DNA from: Paraphysomonas bandaiensis | Lineage: Eukaryota; Protista; Chrysophyceae | Direction of reading: 5' to 3' | Assembly: GCA_965644295.1 (NCBI GenBank) | Contig: CBFFRP010000042.1 | Location: 1-64,000, forward strand | DNA length: 64,000 nucleotides | Shown: positions 1 through 14,400 of the stretch, in pieces | Position numbering within the stretch: position 1 is the stretch's first letter | How the letters are laid out: every line of letters begins with the position of its first letter | Notes under the pieces: model-generated | The model's database searches: none | What the model saw: only the letters and a program-made list of their open reading frames with translations | Told to the model about the DNA's origin: nothing | Translations under genes and position numbers: made by a program

Positions 1-702
1 AGGGTCAACATTACACACTCATAACTACATAATAACAGTCTTAGTACCGTCGGTATAGTAAATCGGGGTGAATGTTCTCCCGCAAAACCTCCTCGTATAT
101 AAGAACTGTGCACGCCACTTTAAACAATAGACACTATGCTCTTAAACTACCTTCCGATTTCTATCACAATACTGTTCCCCATTCGTTCAGATAACATAGA
201 GCTGGACTTCATTTATTTGCCAAAGACAGCTATGCGTCAATGATCAAGATATAGAAAACTATGTATCTAATAGAGCTGAAGACTGTAGCATAAGCAAATA
301 ACCTCCCTGTGTGTTTAAGTACCGTACATATGGAGTGATTGATTTTCAGTCCGTACAAAAAATGTAATGTAGTGGTAAAACCCTGCTTTATGCAGAAACC
401 TCTGGAATAGAGACGATGTTATCTGACTTCCGGACTTTTTGACTCTCTTCATGACCTTCAAAAAAGTTCAAAAGTTGAAAATCATAAACAGTATTAAAGA
501 GTGTGCAAAGTCCACAGTCTGACTTCACTTCATAAGTAAATAGGCGTTGATTGGATCGGAGCTGATTCTCGTGTAGTTTGAGTTGTAATTAAACGAAGCG
601 AATATTTAAATTTGAATCAGATCATAAGCGGGAGGGATTTCATTCATTGAATTGATATTAATTCACATCTCTTTAATTATAACGCACCTTCTATTGGATT
701 AA

Positions 703-3700
703 ATGAGAAGATCTTCTCGTGTTAGAACCGCAGTGGATTACTATCAACCTTCGGTTGAAGTAAATCGCCGGTAGTTGAGTTGGTGTTGTGGTGCGTGTGA
801 TAATCTCTTTCAGGGCACATAATAGCGAGAAGGCGGATGAAGACAGTGATGCCTCATCGGAGGAAGATGTACCGCAAAAGCAACTCGTCGAGGTACGTCT
901 CTATTATGTAAAAATGTGCTCATATTTGTTTTTAGCCTCGTCGTAAGGCCCCGGCTAATCAACCGAAATCTACAGGATCCGGCTGCTTTCTGTTCGGTAT
1001 ACTCTCATATTATTACCGATCTTACTTTGTAACGAACTCACAGATGCTTTAAAAGCAGCGAAGAATATTAATACATGTGTAGATAAGTGGTTAGATATAT
1101 TTGGAGTAAGTTGTCGTGGTTTTGGTACTGCGGAACTAATACTATATGCAGCGGGATCGGGTTCAAGCCATGGCTGTTCTCGTGAATTTCATTATGTTGG
1201 TATGGTTACACTGAAAGTTTGCTGTGATTATTGCAATAATATTGCATTCAGGCAGCAGGGGGAGATAAGAACTGGGTTCCGCTAAACATTGATGTCGATG
1301 GCCTAGATACAGACGAATTACGTGAACTGGTTTGTGTTATGAACTCATGTAGATTGTGCTTATGAATCACAGTTGACTGATGCTATCGACTATGTTCATG
1401 ACAAAAAGTCGAAGTCATATCCCCTGGGTGGTCATGGACAGAAAGTATGTATTATATTAATTTTGTTGTTGTACGATGGAGTAAGATTTCGTTTTTGGAC
1501 AGATGGCGGTGCGCTCCAACTTTTGCAAAATATGGGACACCCTTGCCAGTAGGGCTCTGGTAGCGTCATCTTCGGATCGAATATTTGGCTGCGTAACAGA
1601 AATTCTTGTGTCTCTATCTGGCCTTCCACTATCTAGTCTACGTGACGCAGTCACTGAGGGTGCTCTTTGTGTTGGCCGAGTGCTGGTGTGTGCATGCTTG
1701 GATCTCCGACGAAAGAGCGCCGGATCAGGTCGCCAGCTGTCTTCTGCAGATGGAGTAAGGGCCAGAGGGGGAGCAGGAGGAAATAAATCACGCGCCATTC
1801 AGGCCATGCAGACAGACACTCGGCGGTCTTTAAAGGCTTATGAGGACGCGGTAATGGGAATTTTCAATTCTGTATTTGTGCACCGATACAGGGATACCAG
1901 TGACATTGTGAGGGCAAGATGTGCATGGTATCTCGGGGAGTGGTTGGTTGCAGATCCTGAAAGGTGGGTCTTTTTCACATGAATTACGTATTCATATGAC
2001 TGCATTTGTTTGAATTGAATTAGGCTGTATGATGATCAATATCTTAAGTACATTGGGTGGATGTGCTCAGACAGGTCGCACTACGTGCGGGCAGAATCTG
2101 TTGTAGCCATAAATAAACTCATGACTGTAAGTATTTTTTTCTCATGTGAAAGAGGCAGGCTCATTGAATTGGTCTCGTGTTTGTAGAAAAAGCAGCACAT
2201 TACACGGTTAACTAACTTTGCTGAACGATTTATGTCGAGGTTTGTAGAAATGGCCGTCGGAGATGTCAATGAACAGGTGTCTTTGGACACAATTGAGCTT
2301 CTCCGTAGCTTCCAGATGTACGTATTTTTTGTGGCTACACTTTGTTGTATGGTAACATTAATGCAACTGTGGTTGTCAGGTACGGTATGCTGGATACTGT
2401 GGAGCAGAGCACTTTGGATGATGTGGACCGCGTAGTGTTTGATGCCAGCACCAGTGGGAGAGTGAGATCTGCTGCCCTGGCGTTTGTTATGGAGCACACT
2501 GTGGGTTTCGAAGAGGAGGGAAGTGATGACGATGATCATACTTTGGAAACCAACGGGAGTACTACTTCGGACACTAAGTATGATAAGAAGAAAACAGGCG
2601 GAAAAAAGCGGAGTAGGAAGAGTGAATTGGTTGAGCTAGCCAAGCGTAAACGAGTGGCTATGCAACTGGAGACATTTGCGGAATTTGCTTGTCATCACCT
2701 GAATTTGGATGAAGGGGGAGATGCTGATGATGCCAGTTTAGTTGTCCTCTTGGCGGACGCTTGTCTGGGACTGCCTGGTAGAGCTGGTAACTTAGCTACT
2801 GATAGTATTTGACTGCATGTCAATAATATGTATTTGTCAGATATTGTGCGCAGCTGGGATATCATGGTTCATCTCCTTCTGAAGGACTCTGAAGACCTCA
2901 TCGAATCTGCACTGCCGTCAGCTCATGTCTCGATGCTTTTACGTCTATTTGTGGCCAGCGCCCTTTCCCTTAAGAGAGAGAAAATGAAAGAGGAAGACCT
3001 CCATAAAAGAAGAGATCAGAATCTTTTGGATTCAGACTGGAATTCTCTTCAAGGAGTTCTTTCGGCATCTTTACCGAGCCTTCTAACGAGGTTTCGCGGT
3101 GAAGATAGTGAATTAGAAACACTGGTGGACCTGCTTGAGTGTTATGACACGTCTGCTGCTGATGGGAAACGCCTACAGCTTTTACTTCGATCATGCGTGG
3201 AAATCATGGACGCTGCCTCATCGGAAGCTGTTCTTGTCAAGATTGGGGGTGCAATGAAAGGTTGGTTTGCAAAGGGGCGTCAGCATAAGGCTGTGGTTGG
3301 CGTCTTACGAGGTGTGATGAAGGGATGCTGGGACAAGATAGCAGCTGCAGTCGGTGTCTTAACTGAATATCTAAACAAGCGCAGGAGGAAGTCACTCGCG
3401 AAGAAAGGCCCTGATACGGCGTCCACAAGAGCGGTAAGCGGATGTGTTGCAATAATTTCTTTTGATACCTCGTTATGTAGGCCACAGATGCATTGTTTTC
3501 ACTGTCATCGTCATGCAGAAAGTACATGACTTTGTGGCAGTGCATGGACTGTAGAAACATTGGGACTGAGGTACTGCAAAATCATTTGTACGCTGTTTGT
3601 ATTGCATAGCTTTTGTATGGAATGTGACAAGAATTTACAGGGAATAGAAGACATATGTGACACTCTAACCGAAGTCTCTACTGTGGCAACGAGCTTGCTT

Positions 3701-5539
3701 TCATTGGGATCCACAGGAAATATAAAGGGGGCGGATATTGTATCTGCTGCTATAAGTTCCGGGCGTACGATGCTGAGTTTATTACTTTGGCAAACGCGAG
3801 ATGTTTACACCCGTGCGAAGGAAAATCTAGATTCTGAAGACGATATTACGGGCGACGCAGCAGCCAAAGAGAGTATTGATGGGGTGTTGTCTGTTCGGGA
3901 GAAAATCGTAGACATCCTGAGCGTATGGATGGATCTCACGGAGAATTCGGCAGACAGTAGTGAGCATTGTCGACAGCTACAATGCGAAGCATTCAGAATG
4001 CTGGGTGATATGCGTCTACTGTTTCCGCTTAAAGAGAAGGATTATAAGTATGTGGCTTCACTGGCATGGACTCCTTCCAGAGTAAGTCATACACTTCTGT
4101 GTTTGCACCACTTTAATTCCACTCACCAGGAGCTTGTGGAGCGTATGGAACGTGTGTTTACCACGGAAGAGTCCCGTATCAGGAATTCTCTTAGCGATCT
4201 CAGAGAATCTGGTGAAGATGAAGACGGGGATGCTGCCCGCAAGTTATCGCGCCAGTTGGTTGAGAACTTGCTCTGTCCACTCAGTGGCATTGTGTATGAT
4301 GTAGACAATATGAATAGGCGACAGGCTGCCGCAGTATTGGGGTATATTTCCAACCCTAGCCAAGAAGTTCAGCGTCTGGTCAAGGCGTGGGCAAAGAAAC
4401 TAAAAGACAGTAACGCGGGAAAATATCTTGAATCTGTGCTAGTTGCTCTCAAGAAATGCTACGAGGACCATGTGGTTCCAATTTTGCTTAAAATTGATGA
4501 CATGGACGAGTCACGTTTTGACAGTGACGAGGATTTAATGTATGATTTAGATGTGTCAAAGAGCGAATCTGTGGAGTTCGCTCAGCGAATGATGCAGACT
4601 TTAGGGGTGGGTAAGGTCAAAAGCCATATGCGGGAACTACTGGGACTCTTCTTCCAGGTCGGCATCAAGTATGCGCTTGAGTCAGTGCATAACATGGGCT
4701 TTTTGGCACTACTACAACCATTTATAAAACTTCTTCCTCGAGGGGACCTGGAATTAGTAGCACAGCATTTGGAGGAGGCATTGGAGGAGTCGTCAAATGA
4801 TGTACAGTACCGTGCCCAAGAGGAAGGTGCAAATGATGACTTTCTAGCCCAGGCATTTAGAGATTTCAGTGCTCATGTTGGAGGTACAGTGTATATGTTT
4901 TGAGAGGTATTGTATGTGTCTTATCTTTTGTCAGCTGTGTGTAGTCGTCCTGTCCCTGGACGCACTAAGGAATCAGTCAAGTCGTCGCCAGCATCGTCGA
5001 AGCGGAGACGTGTTGGAACCGCATCAAGGACAGCTGCCAGTCGCATATCATACAAAGAAGAAGAAACCGAGGACGAGGACTCTGAACCAGAAGAAATTGC
5101 CCGTCCCTCCTCCAGGCGTGGACGGCTGAGTTCTCAGTCAAGCATAAGTGCGCTTACACAAGACAGTGCCGATTTCCGTCCCCGGAGTAATCTATTACAG
5201 TCACGCAAACGTGACTCCGGAACACCTGATGAAAAATGGAGGCCGATATTAAAAGACGAAGAAGCGAATGGATCTCGTAAACGTGGGAAACATAGCCCGT
5301 CCATGCGCCAAGATTCGTCAGAAAAACACAGCGAAGAACGGAAAGCTAGGACAAGTGCTGTGAGAGCCTCCCCAGGTAAAAATAGGTCCCGTGGACCAGT
5401 AATGGGACTTCACATTGAAGATTTTTCAGCTGCTGATGAAGATATTGACATGTCGCCGATTCCCTTCAGGACCAGCAGTGCCATGGACAGTAGTGTTTTT
5501 GACGAGATGGACGATTTTCCATCTCGCAGACATTTGTAG
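703..5539 (+). CDS. SCC3: Cohesin subunit Scc3/STAG (stromal antigen), multi-exon
   Basis: Spliced by hand through short GT-AG introns from ATG 703 to TAG 5539. Contains STAG/SCD hallmarks FNSVFVHRYRD..IVRARC..LGEW and LYDDQYLKYIGWMCSD..VR, and a low-complexity basic/acidic C-terminal tail. Confidence 0.85.
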
Positions 5540-6156
5540 ACCCACCGCAATCCTATGAATTACTAACCTCTATTAGCGTAGTATGCCTACATTCCCGTTA
5601 TGTTGCTGTGATTTCTTTAGTGCTGATTATACACCGCGTACTAATTGTCTAAGTTGTTTTTGTCGTTGACAGTCTAAGTATTTATCATTTTGGAACGTGT
5701 AATTGCTTATGTAATAAAATCTGGAATCGTAGTTATCAACATATACTGCACTCTATTCTCTATTGACGAGAAAGGTGAAGTATTAGTTACAGATTCACTC
5801 ACTATAATATCTAGGTCACAATATTACAATCGCTCATTAGTTCATTAAGTCAGTTTTAGTGTATTAGGATTCGTATATTCACGTATTCCCTTTTAACACT
5901 CAACATATACATTATACATTATACATTATACGCGTGAATACAATAGATAAACGAAATAATTAGACATTAGACTATATAAGATACATTACTATATGTGACT
6001 GGTTCTAATGATCCTTTCAACAGTGCCTTGCTGTTTGCTGTTATACTATGAGCTATTAGTTAGGCTTTATTGATAAAGTATATTCCTTATGCAAAATGTG
6101 ATGTATTATATAATACAAAGTATATCTCTCATCGAATATATAGCGTGGTGAGTAAA

Positions 6157-6325
6157 ACGGAGGTGGTCGCACCTTGGTGCTTGCGGCGACATACAAGCTG
6201 CCCCCGTAGCGACAAATAGTAGGATATTAGTATTAAGTGTTTGACAGAAACCCTGTTTAGTTTCTATTTCTATTAGTTTTAAGTTTTAATACTTCCATGC
6301 TTATTGCTAAATAATCAGACAATAT
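6157..6325 (+). mobile_element. 3' remnant of the RNase H non-LTR retroelement family (structured core plus 3' terminal motif)
   Basis: Core ACGGAGGTGGTCGCACCTTGGTGCTTGCGGCGAC..CAAGC..CCGT at 6157-6207 and tail TTATTGCTAAATAATCAGAC at ~6301-6320 match the other copies. Confidence 0.7.
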
Positions 6326-7038
6326 ATATAATATATATAAGATATAAGGTGAATAACACAAAATAATAATGATAAGTATATCGCTGTTATATAACACGTA
6401 CTAGTAGATCATTAGTATCTGTCCCTACTAGGTTCTATGTACTATGTAGGCTATATTAAGTTACGTGTTGCAATGATATACATAAATGGACAAACAGCAA
6501 TATCCAATATCTGATGTGTAGATAAACTTCTTATGCCCATGATTGCTACTCTAAGGCAACCATGTTGTCACGGTATAGTTAGCTCCTACTAACAAAACTC
6601 GGCTAGCAGCTAACAAACACTTAAATTTATATTTTTCATCAACACTCTCATAATCTTATGTTCTCATTATTGCTCAGGAAGAACCAGTTTAAAGTTCAAC
6701 GCCATAAAAGCTACCCACTGATGTTCTGCTGTTTTCTGTGATGTACTTCTACCACAAAGGGAGTAGTAGACTTAAGTATAGGTTTTGCTAGTTCTGTCGT
6801 AGGCAAATTTCTGACCTTGCTGTTCGAAGAATAAAATGTAGAAATTATACATGCTAAAACTATAAGTTTCAATTCCAAGATTAAGACGAGTGACAAGGAT
6901 GGTATATTATATAAACAAAATACATCTACGTTTCTAACCTAGTACTACCGAATGCCAGCCATTACAGCAACACCGAGAAGCAACAAGTGGCGTTCACAGA
7001 GCACTGACAGCAGTATTTCATTCCCTACTAGCAGCCTA

Positions 7039-9429
7039 TTAAGCGTCTTCTTCGTCCTTAATTCGTTGAAGATAAGCTTTAATCAAATCAGCCTGAACAT
7101 TTCTTTGAACTGGTTGGTGACATTTATACTCCATAGAAAACTCCCCCTTTCCTTGTGTAGTCGACCTCAAGTCCGTAGAGTATCCGAAGAGCACAGCTAA
7201 AGGTACATCTGCATGCACTGAAAGATGAGATCCATCTTCATTCAGATCAGATGATGATATTATTCCACCACGTTTGTTAATACCACCGACCACAGTGCCC
7301 TGGAACTCAGCTGGTGTAGACACTTCCAGGTTCATTACAGGTTCAAGGATCTGTCCTCGTGCATTGTTAACTCCTTCACGAATTCCAAACCTCATTGCGG
7401 CCTGGAAAGCAGTGTCACTAGAATCGACAAGATGCGCCTGCCCGTCTAACAGAACAACTCTCATTCCGGTCAACTGGTAACCAGCAAGAACGCCTTTTTG
7501 TGATGCCTTAATTGCACCTTTTTCACAACTGGGATAGAATTCCGATGGGATGTTAGTTCCAACACAACGATTCTCAAATTCAAATTCTTTCCCTTCCTTG
7601 ATTTCCTCATCAGTTAATGGTTCGACGTAGCCAATAACGCGAGCGAACTGTCCTGCACCTCCAGTTTGTTTCTTGTGGAGGTAGTTAAAGTCAGCACGGG
7701 TAGTGATGGTCTCCTTGTAGTTGACAGTTGGAGCACCAGTTACGCATTCCACACCATACTCGCGTTTCATGCGCTCCACGTAGATCTCAAGATGAAGTTC
7801 GCCCATTCCACTGAGGACAGTTTCATTAGTCTGCTCATCAAGATGCACTTGAAGTGTTGGATCCTCGCGTGTAAACTTTCCAATCGCCTTTGCAAAGGCG
7901 CTCTGTTTTGCTGTTTCCTTTGGTTTGATGGACAGAGACATCACTGGTTTAGGCACAAACATACTACGCATTGCTAATTTTAATGTGCCATCAGTGAAAG
8001 TGTCCATGGAAGCACACTCCAGTCCAAATGCTACTACAACATCCCCAGCGCTTGCACTGTCAATATCCACCATCTCATTAGAATGCATCTTCACCAGTCT
8101 GGGTAAGCGAATCTTTTTCATGCCATTCATGTTGTATGCGGTCATGCCCCTCTTGATCGTACCCTGGTAGACTCGCATATATGTGAGCTGACCGTACTTG
8201 CTCTCTTCCAGTTTAAAGGCCAGTGCAACCATAGGTTCAGTGGGGTTACAAGCAACAGGAACTTCTGCCTCCTTATTGGTCAAGTCATAAGCAATATTCT
8301 GCTTTTCTGGGGGACTGGGTAAATAGTCTATCACACCATCGAGTAGCGCTTGCACTCCCTTATTCTTGTAAGCTGATCCCATGAATACAGGGACAAATTT
8401 CAAGTCAATAGTTTGCCTTCTAATGGCTGCCTTGATATCTTCCTCACTAGGAGTTTCCTCCATCAGGAATTGTTCTCCGATCTCATCATCGATATTAGCG
8501 AGGAACTCGATCATTTCCGCTCGCGCATTCTCGGTTTCCTCCAGCATGTTATCCGGAATGTCTTTCACTACCATCGTTTCGCCTTTAGGCCCTTCGAAGT
8601 AGTATGCTTGGCGGCGAATGAGGTCGACCACACCTTTATGCTCCCCCTCCAAACCGATTGGGATCTGTACCGGACACGCAGGTAGCTTCAGCTCCTTCCT
8701 CATACCGGCAATTCCCTGTGCTAAGCGTTACGTACTCCACGAGTAATATCACGCATTACCCGCCAAGGATTAGCCCCCACACGGTCCAGCTTATTAATGA
8801 AGACAATTCGTGGCACCTTGTAGCGTGCCATCTGTCTGTCAACGGTAAAAGTCTGACTCTGAACACCAGAAGAACCGCAGATAACCTACATCCTCGTGAG
8901 AAGCATTCATACATAGTGACACTGTTTTACCATAACAGCTCCATCCAGTACTCTGAGAGCTCGCTCGACTTCAACCGTGAAATCAACGTGTCCGGGAGTG
9001 TCGATGATATTAATAGTCTTATCTTTCCAAGTACAGAAAGTTGCTGCCGACTGAATTGTAATTCCCTTCTCTCGTTCCAGGTCCATAGAATCCATCTTAG
9101 CCCCAACGCCATCCTTCCCTCTAACATCGTGAATATCCTTAATCCGTCCAGTGTAGAAAAGTATTCTCTCCGTTAAAGTTGTCTTTCCACTGAAACAGAA
9201 ATATGAGCACTGTAACAGCAGTGTATGGCACAGCACATCATATCATTGCATAGTGTAGCGCTCACCTATCAATATGTGCACTGATTCCAATGTTTCTGTG
9301 GTCAATCATATAGCTATCACTCAACAGGGCACGTGTGGAAGATATTCTAGCGGAAGGGATTCTAAAATGAGTCCCGCGTAACGCCATTCTTCTAACAGTG
9401 CCCATCATCCCACTGTACAGTCGAGACAT
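7039..9429 (-). CDS. GFM1: Mitochondrial elongation factor G1 (4 exons)
   Basis: [56 protein letters not shown] and C-terminal [15 protein letters not shown]. Arg/Ser-rich N-terminal presequence from ATG 9429. Three GT-AG introns. Confidence 0.93.
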
Positions 9430-9887
9430 TCCAACTAATTAACTGAACAGACAAATCTATAAGCAGACTATGAGGAGGAGACTTGATGAAGGTCCGGATT
9501 CTCTGATGTGTGTGTTATCCACTCGACAGCCGCTAATTTCATAGTCTGCTGCTCCTGCCTATAGGGGGGTGTCCGTACATTGGATGGTCCGCATTATGTA
9601 TACCGCATACAGTACACTACCCTGAAGCGCAGCCTATACAGCCGTATACCCCATGCACATATGAGTGTGTGTACTCCCATCCTCTCTGTCCGTATATATG
9701 ACTATAATCTGCAGCATGTGCTCTGTATGGTGACTGCTATAGAGAGAGAGAAGTACTACGCATACAGGCAGTAGACTGTATATCGCACAGTGTATAGAAG
9801 AGCAATTAAGAAATACACGATCACAGTATCACTACATCGACCCGCCATAGCAGAGCTACATCATAGCGGATTACACTGATAATAATA

Positions 9888-10552
9888 ATGAGTAGTCTCA
9901 GCAAAGTGCCTCGTGCTATCCGAATGATCGCCAAATTTGGTGGTGATGCATTTAAAAGAGAAGTCGTTAATGGAAAGTGAGTGTTAGTGGAGTCACCTAT
10001 CGACCGTGTATGATAAATACTCGTGTGATTTATATGTTCGATGTAGATATATTGCACCGAAAGTTTCACGTCGCGCTGCTGCTGGATTAAGAAAAAGAGC
10101 GTTGATTGCTGGGACGTTTGGGAGTTTCGACCCCGTTAAAGGTACCCTAGAGAGACTACTCGTTATCAGTAACATTACATTAACAATAAAATTTAGGTGG
10201 ATGGGATCCTGCTTGGGACGCTCCTCCCAAAGTTGTGTCGTATAGGCCTCACCGAGGTCACATTCGTGATAGAAATCGCCCGGAAAGGTTAGTGGATATT
10301 TTCCGAATACATCTTGTTTACAATTGGCCTCTTTCAGAGCACATGCTATTACTAAGGCGATGGAAGGAATGCCAGATAAAGAGGCTAAATATTATCAGGT
10401 ATCGTTATCAATCTGTATTACTAGAATAGTTTTCATATTCATGCGTTCGATGTCACTAGGATATGCAAGAGAGGCGGCCCGTTAAGAATTTACGTTTCCG
10501 AATGAAGCGAATCAGTCTTTTTGCCAAACAGAAAGCCCAAATGAGAAAATAA
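9888..10552 (+). CDS. MRPL25: Mitochondrial ribosomal protein mL59 (yeast MRPL25-like), 5 exons, ~140 aa; not present as a full ORF in the track
   Basis: Removing four GT-AG introns gives MSSLSKVPRAIRMIAKFGGDAFKREVVNGKYIAPKVSRRAAAGLRKRALIAGTFGSFDPVKGGWDPAWDAPPKVVSYRPHRGHIRDRNRPERAHAITKAMEGMPDKEAKYYQDMQERRP...MRK*. It shows the mL59-type P..S.R..A.L.K and GH..(D/E)R....R...I..AM..MP motifs. Confidence 0.72.
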
Positions 10553-11174
10553 ACAGAGTGAATTCTAAGTAAAAATGTAATGTTTATTCCGTGATTGGTT
10601 GGTTATACACTCCGTGTACTGTAGCTGCCTCAAACGTGCACCATAATTATCACTAGGAACCAATTTCTGTAAATTTCGCTTACATGCGCTCTACATATGA
10701 TTCATCTACAATATATCCGCTAAACTTCAGCTATATTCAATCATTCCAGTTGAAGAAAATACTATTGTACTCAGTTTTATTCATGAGTGTCAGGGCTAGG
10801 AAATAGGAAGCAATATACTGAATTGCAAATAATTACAATTAATAGTTTACTAAACTAAGTACTAAGACATTTAGAAGTGACTATTTTCAATGAAAAAGAA
10901 ATAATTACTTATCCCCATTTTGACTTAAATTGGGTTAACCAGAACGCACTTATTTAACACAGGGCAAATATCAACATTCCAGGGACAGGGAATAATATAT
11001 TGCCATACAATTGTAATACTATTGCAATATATTGCCATATATTAGTATGACCAGTAAGTAAAAATATCCGTAGTTTCCATTTTTAGTACTTGTCATTATA
11101 AGGTCACTTGATAATCAAACCCACTACTCTTAACTAATTAAAAGTTTCCTTATACTCATCCTCTGAGTATCATC

Positions 11175-11467
11175 TATTAGAATATGGACTGTATCCTAGT
11201 ATATTCAATGTGGTACTTGAAGACAATGTACGAGAATACAGTGAAGTATGGTGATGTGTAGATGCTGTTATGATATTGAGAAAACTGAAATAGTTTGCTC
11301 TTTCAAGATATGTTTAGTAGCGAAAGGTCTACAGAAGTAGTGATTTATGCATGGCACAAAACGAGCTTGTGTTGTTTAACACAATTTGTGTAAACGATAT
11401 TAATAAATCTATCTAGTCTAACAACTTAATCTCTCTTTGATCTAAGTAAAATGAGCATTTCCCAACA
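11175..11467 (+). repeat. 5' LTR (TA...CA)
   Basis: Base-for-base identical to 16337-16629. Begins TATTAG and ends CCCAACA. Confidence 0.95.
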
Positions 11468-14400
11468 TGGTAGCGAGCGAGGAGGAGAGAAGGAGGATAG
11501 AGGAGTAGTTCCTCAGTTCAACGAGACTAACGTTGAACAATGGATTGAGGACTTCGAGACATTCCTTATGAGGAAGGAACAAAGCGAGGTAGCGGTGGAA
11601 CTGCCACCTAAGGAGAGCGACTTCGGGGAGCAGCCACTTACGTTGATGGAGGAGAAGGCGTACAGACAGGCTGTGAAGAGGTATTGGAAGGCGAACGCCA
11701 TAGCTTATTCTTACTGCAGGGATGCGGTGCAGCATTCCCCGAAAGCGCTGCGTAAATTCCATCTTACCCACAAAGCGTTCAAGGCAGAAGGGAGTGGTGT
11801 AAACAGGTTCAAAACACATGTAATGATTGATGAGTTGAAGAAGTGTTTTGCTGGAGGGAAGCAAAATAGGATCAGTGACCTCTTAACTCAATATGGTTCT
11901 TTCCGTATGCGTCCGGAGGAGACGGCGAAGGACTACGTACTACGGTTCGAACTACTGCTGAAGGAACTACAGGAGCAGCAGCAGGATATCTCGGAGGTAT
12001 CAAAAAACAAGTCGACTACGAGAAGGCTTGCTCAATGAAGAGTATGCTCAACTGAGAGTTGGATTATACTTGATGGATGATGATGTTAATTATGTAACTG
12101 TATCACGTAAGATAGAAGGCTATGATGATACTATGGCTGGGAAGGAAGCGTTGGAGAAGAAGCGTAAAAGAGTGGAGGAGCTGAACCTGATAGACAGTAA
12201 GAAACGATATCGCAGAGAGAGGGATCATCGTAAGAAGAACAACGGTAAGAAGAAGCCGATGAAGAAGGATACAGAGATTACAGGGCAGCGACCTGGAAGT
12301 GCCGAATATACTGGGTGCAGAAATTGTAAGTCAAAGGAACATCTTGCCATCGATTGTCCAGCATCGAAAAAGAAGTACTCGCAAAGCAAGAGCAAGGCTG
12401 TGAGGTTTCAAGATGGAAGGAAACCAGACAAAAGACTACTTACAGTTGAAAACATCAGGCGTGGAGAGCCAGCGGATTTGTCTGACGAAGACGAAGCAAA
12501 TATGATCGAGCAACAGGAAGAGTATCATTTGTCATGTAATGTGTATGAGACGAATATATGCAGTAGTGTGCATGAGGATATTCACTATACATACATTGAT
12601 ACCTGTTGTTCGTCATCAATGTTTTTGATAAATGATGTGAATATACTTGATAGTCATATGCACACATCAAAGGTTATTAATGGTTCGAAAAAAGGGTCAG
12701 AGATATGCGTCACGAGTGTAGGTTCCCGTGGAGCATGGAAGAACATTGAGGTATCAAGTCAGATAAATCGGTGTCTTTGTTCTGGACGGAAGTTGAACGA
12801 TATGGGATATCGATTTACTGTATGGTATGGTATACAGATATATGACAGAAATACGGATGAGCTGGTGTTGGAGGGACCTATGAAGAATGGAATGACTGCT
12901 GTGCCAACACAGCAGTTATTGGAGCTTCCAGACGTATCGACATCCAGTGATTCAGAAGTAAATCTCAGTGACCGTACGGGTGAGGATGAACTGGAGCTGT
13001 TACATAGGAGAGCGGGTCATTTTAACAAGCATGCGTTGGTAGAAGCCCACAAAAGAATGCTAATTATTGGGACTGGACTGAAACGAAAACATCTCTCGAA
13101 ACGTGTTTCCAAAGAACAGTGTCTATGTGATGTATGCGCCAGGGCGAAGATCACCAGAGTAAGTTTTCGGACAAAGGATGAGGACTCCGTTCGTCCAAAT
13201 TTCTCGGCCGATATAGCAGTATACTTAAATTGTCCAGCTCGAGGAGGGGAAATATATGTGCTCAAACTAACACACCATGCCAGTCGGATGTTCTGGTCGG
13301 AAGGGCTTGTTCATAGGACTGGGTCATCGGTACTGCAGGTTTTCAAGAAGATTTTTGAAGGAGATGTGAAAAGGTACAAATTAGAAATGCATCATTACCA
13401 TGCAGATGGAGCAGGGGAGCTAATATGTGATGAGCTGCGACAATATCTTAGGTCACAGGGTTGCTATCAACATACGTGGAGCTCTACGGACTCTCCTGAG
13501 ATGAACGCGATTGAGGAGCGGAAATTCAGGACCTGTGGTGAGATGACATTAGCGATGCTGATTCAGTCAGGATTGCCTTCACAGTTTTGGCTAGATGCCT
13601 ACATGGCAGCCAGGTACATATTAATTCGATTGCCTACAAAGACAGCGAAGGGGTATATGTCCCCTCTTGAATTTTTGACTGGTGAGGCTCCCAACCTGAA
13701 ATATCTCAGAGTATGGGGGTGTCGTGCGTATGTCCTCACTACAAAGGCGGATCGACGGAAAGACTGGGACGACAAGGCCCTTATCGGATATCTGATAGGA
13801 TATTCAGATGAAAAGGTAGGATATGATGTATATCTACCTGCGACTGATAGGGTCGTCACGTCGGTACATGTATTAACTGATGAGTCCATACCGTCACGCT
13901 CGGAGAGCTATTTCGCTGAGATAGATGCTCTTCGAGTGAAGGAGGCCGAGAGACCGAAAATTGTGTCTGACTATGCGGGCTTAGAAGGTACATATCATAT
14001 TGATGATGAGGATGGTCTTCTCTACAAGACCACGAGAGTAGTAGAACGAAAGGGGGTAATAGTAGCCTATCGATCTCTGGTAACTGCAGGTCGGAAGCAT
14101 ATCGAGCACCGGGTGCCGATTCACGTCGAGGACGTAGTGCGAATGACTGCAGAAACTCCCGGGAATACCGGATATATAGGAAAGGGGGACGCCCTGAGTA
14201 CTATGCCAGCCAGGGTGCTGGACCAGGGAAGACCTGGAGGGTTACAGGAGAGTCCTGACCCAACCTGTCAGGAGACAGCTGTGAGGTTGCAGACCTCTGA
14301 AGACTATGAGTCTGGGGTTGTGAGCGGGGCTCCTCCCACAACGCACGATGTGCGTGCTCAGGATGAGCAAGGTACGGGTTCTTATATACCTCGTCGACCG

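Noticed and set aside
545-700. CCAAT, CHR-like TTTGAA and E2F-like GCGGGA motifs upstream of Scc3
   Set aside because: Short motifs expected by chance; not supportable without comparative data.
10970-11050. ATATTGC/TATTGCAATA repeats (also ~23418 and ~32485) and CCTAGTCA repeats at 32560-32670 as transposon ends
   Set aside because: No matching TIR pair or TSD could be defined in this AT-rich sequence.
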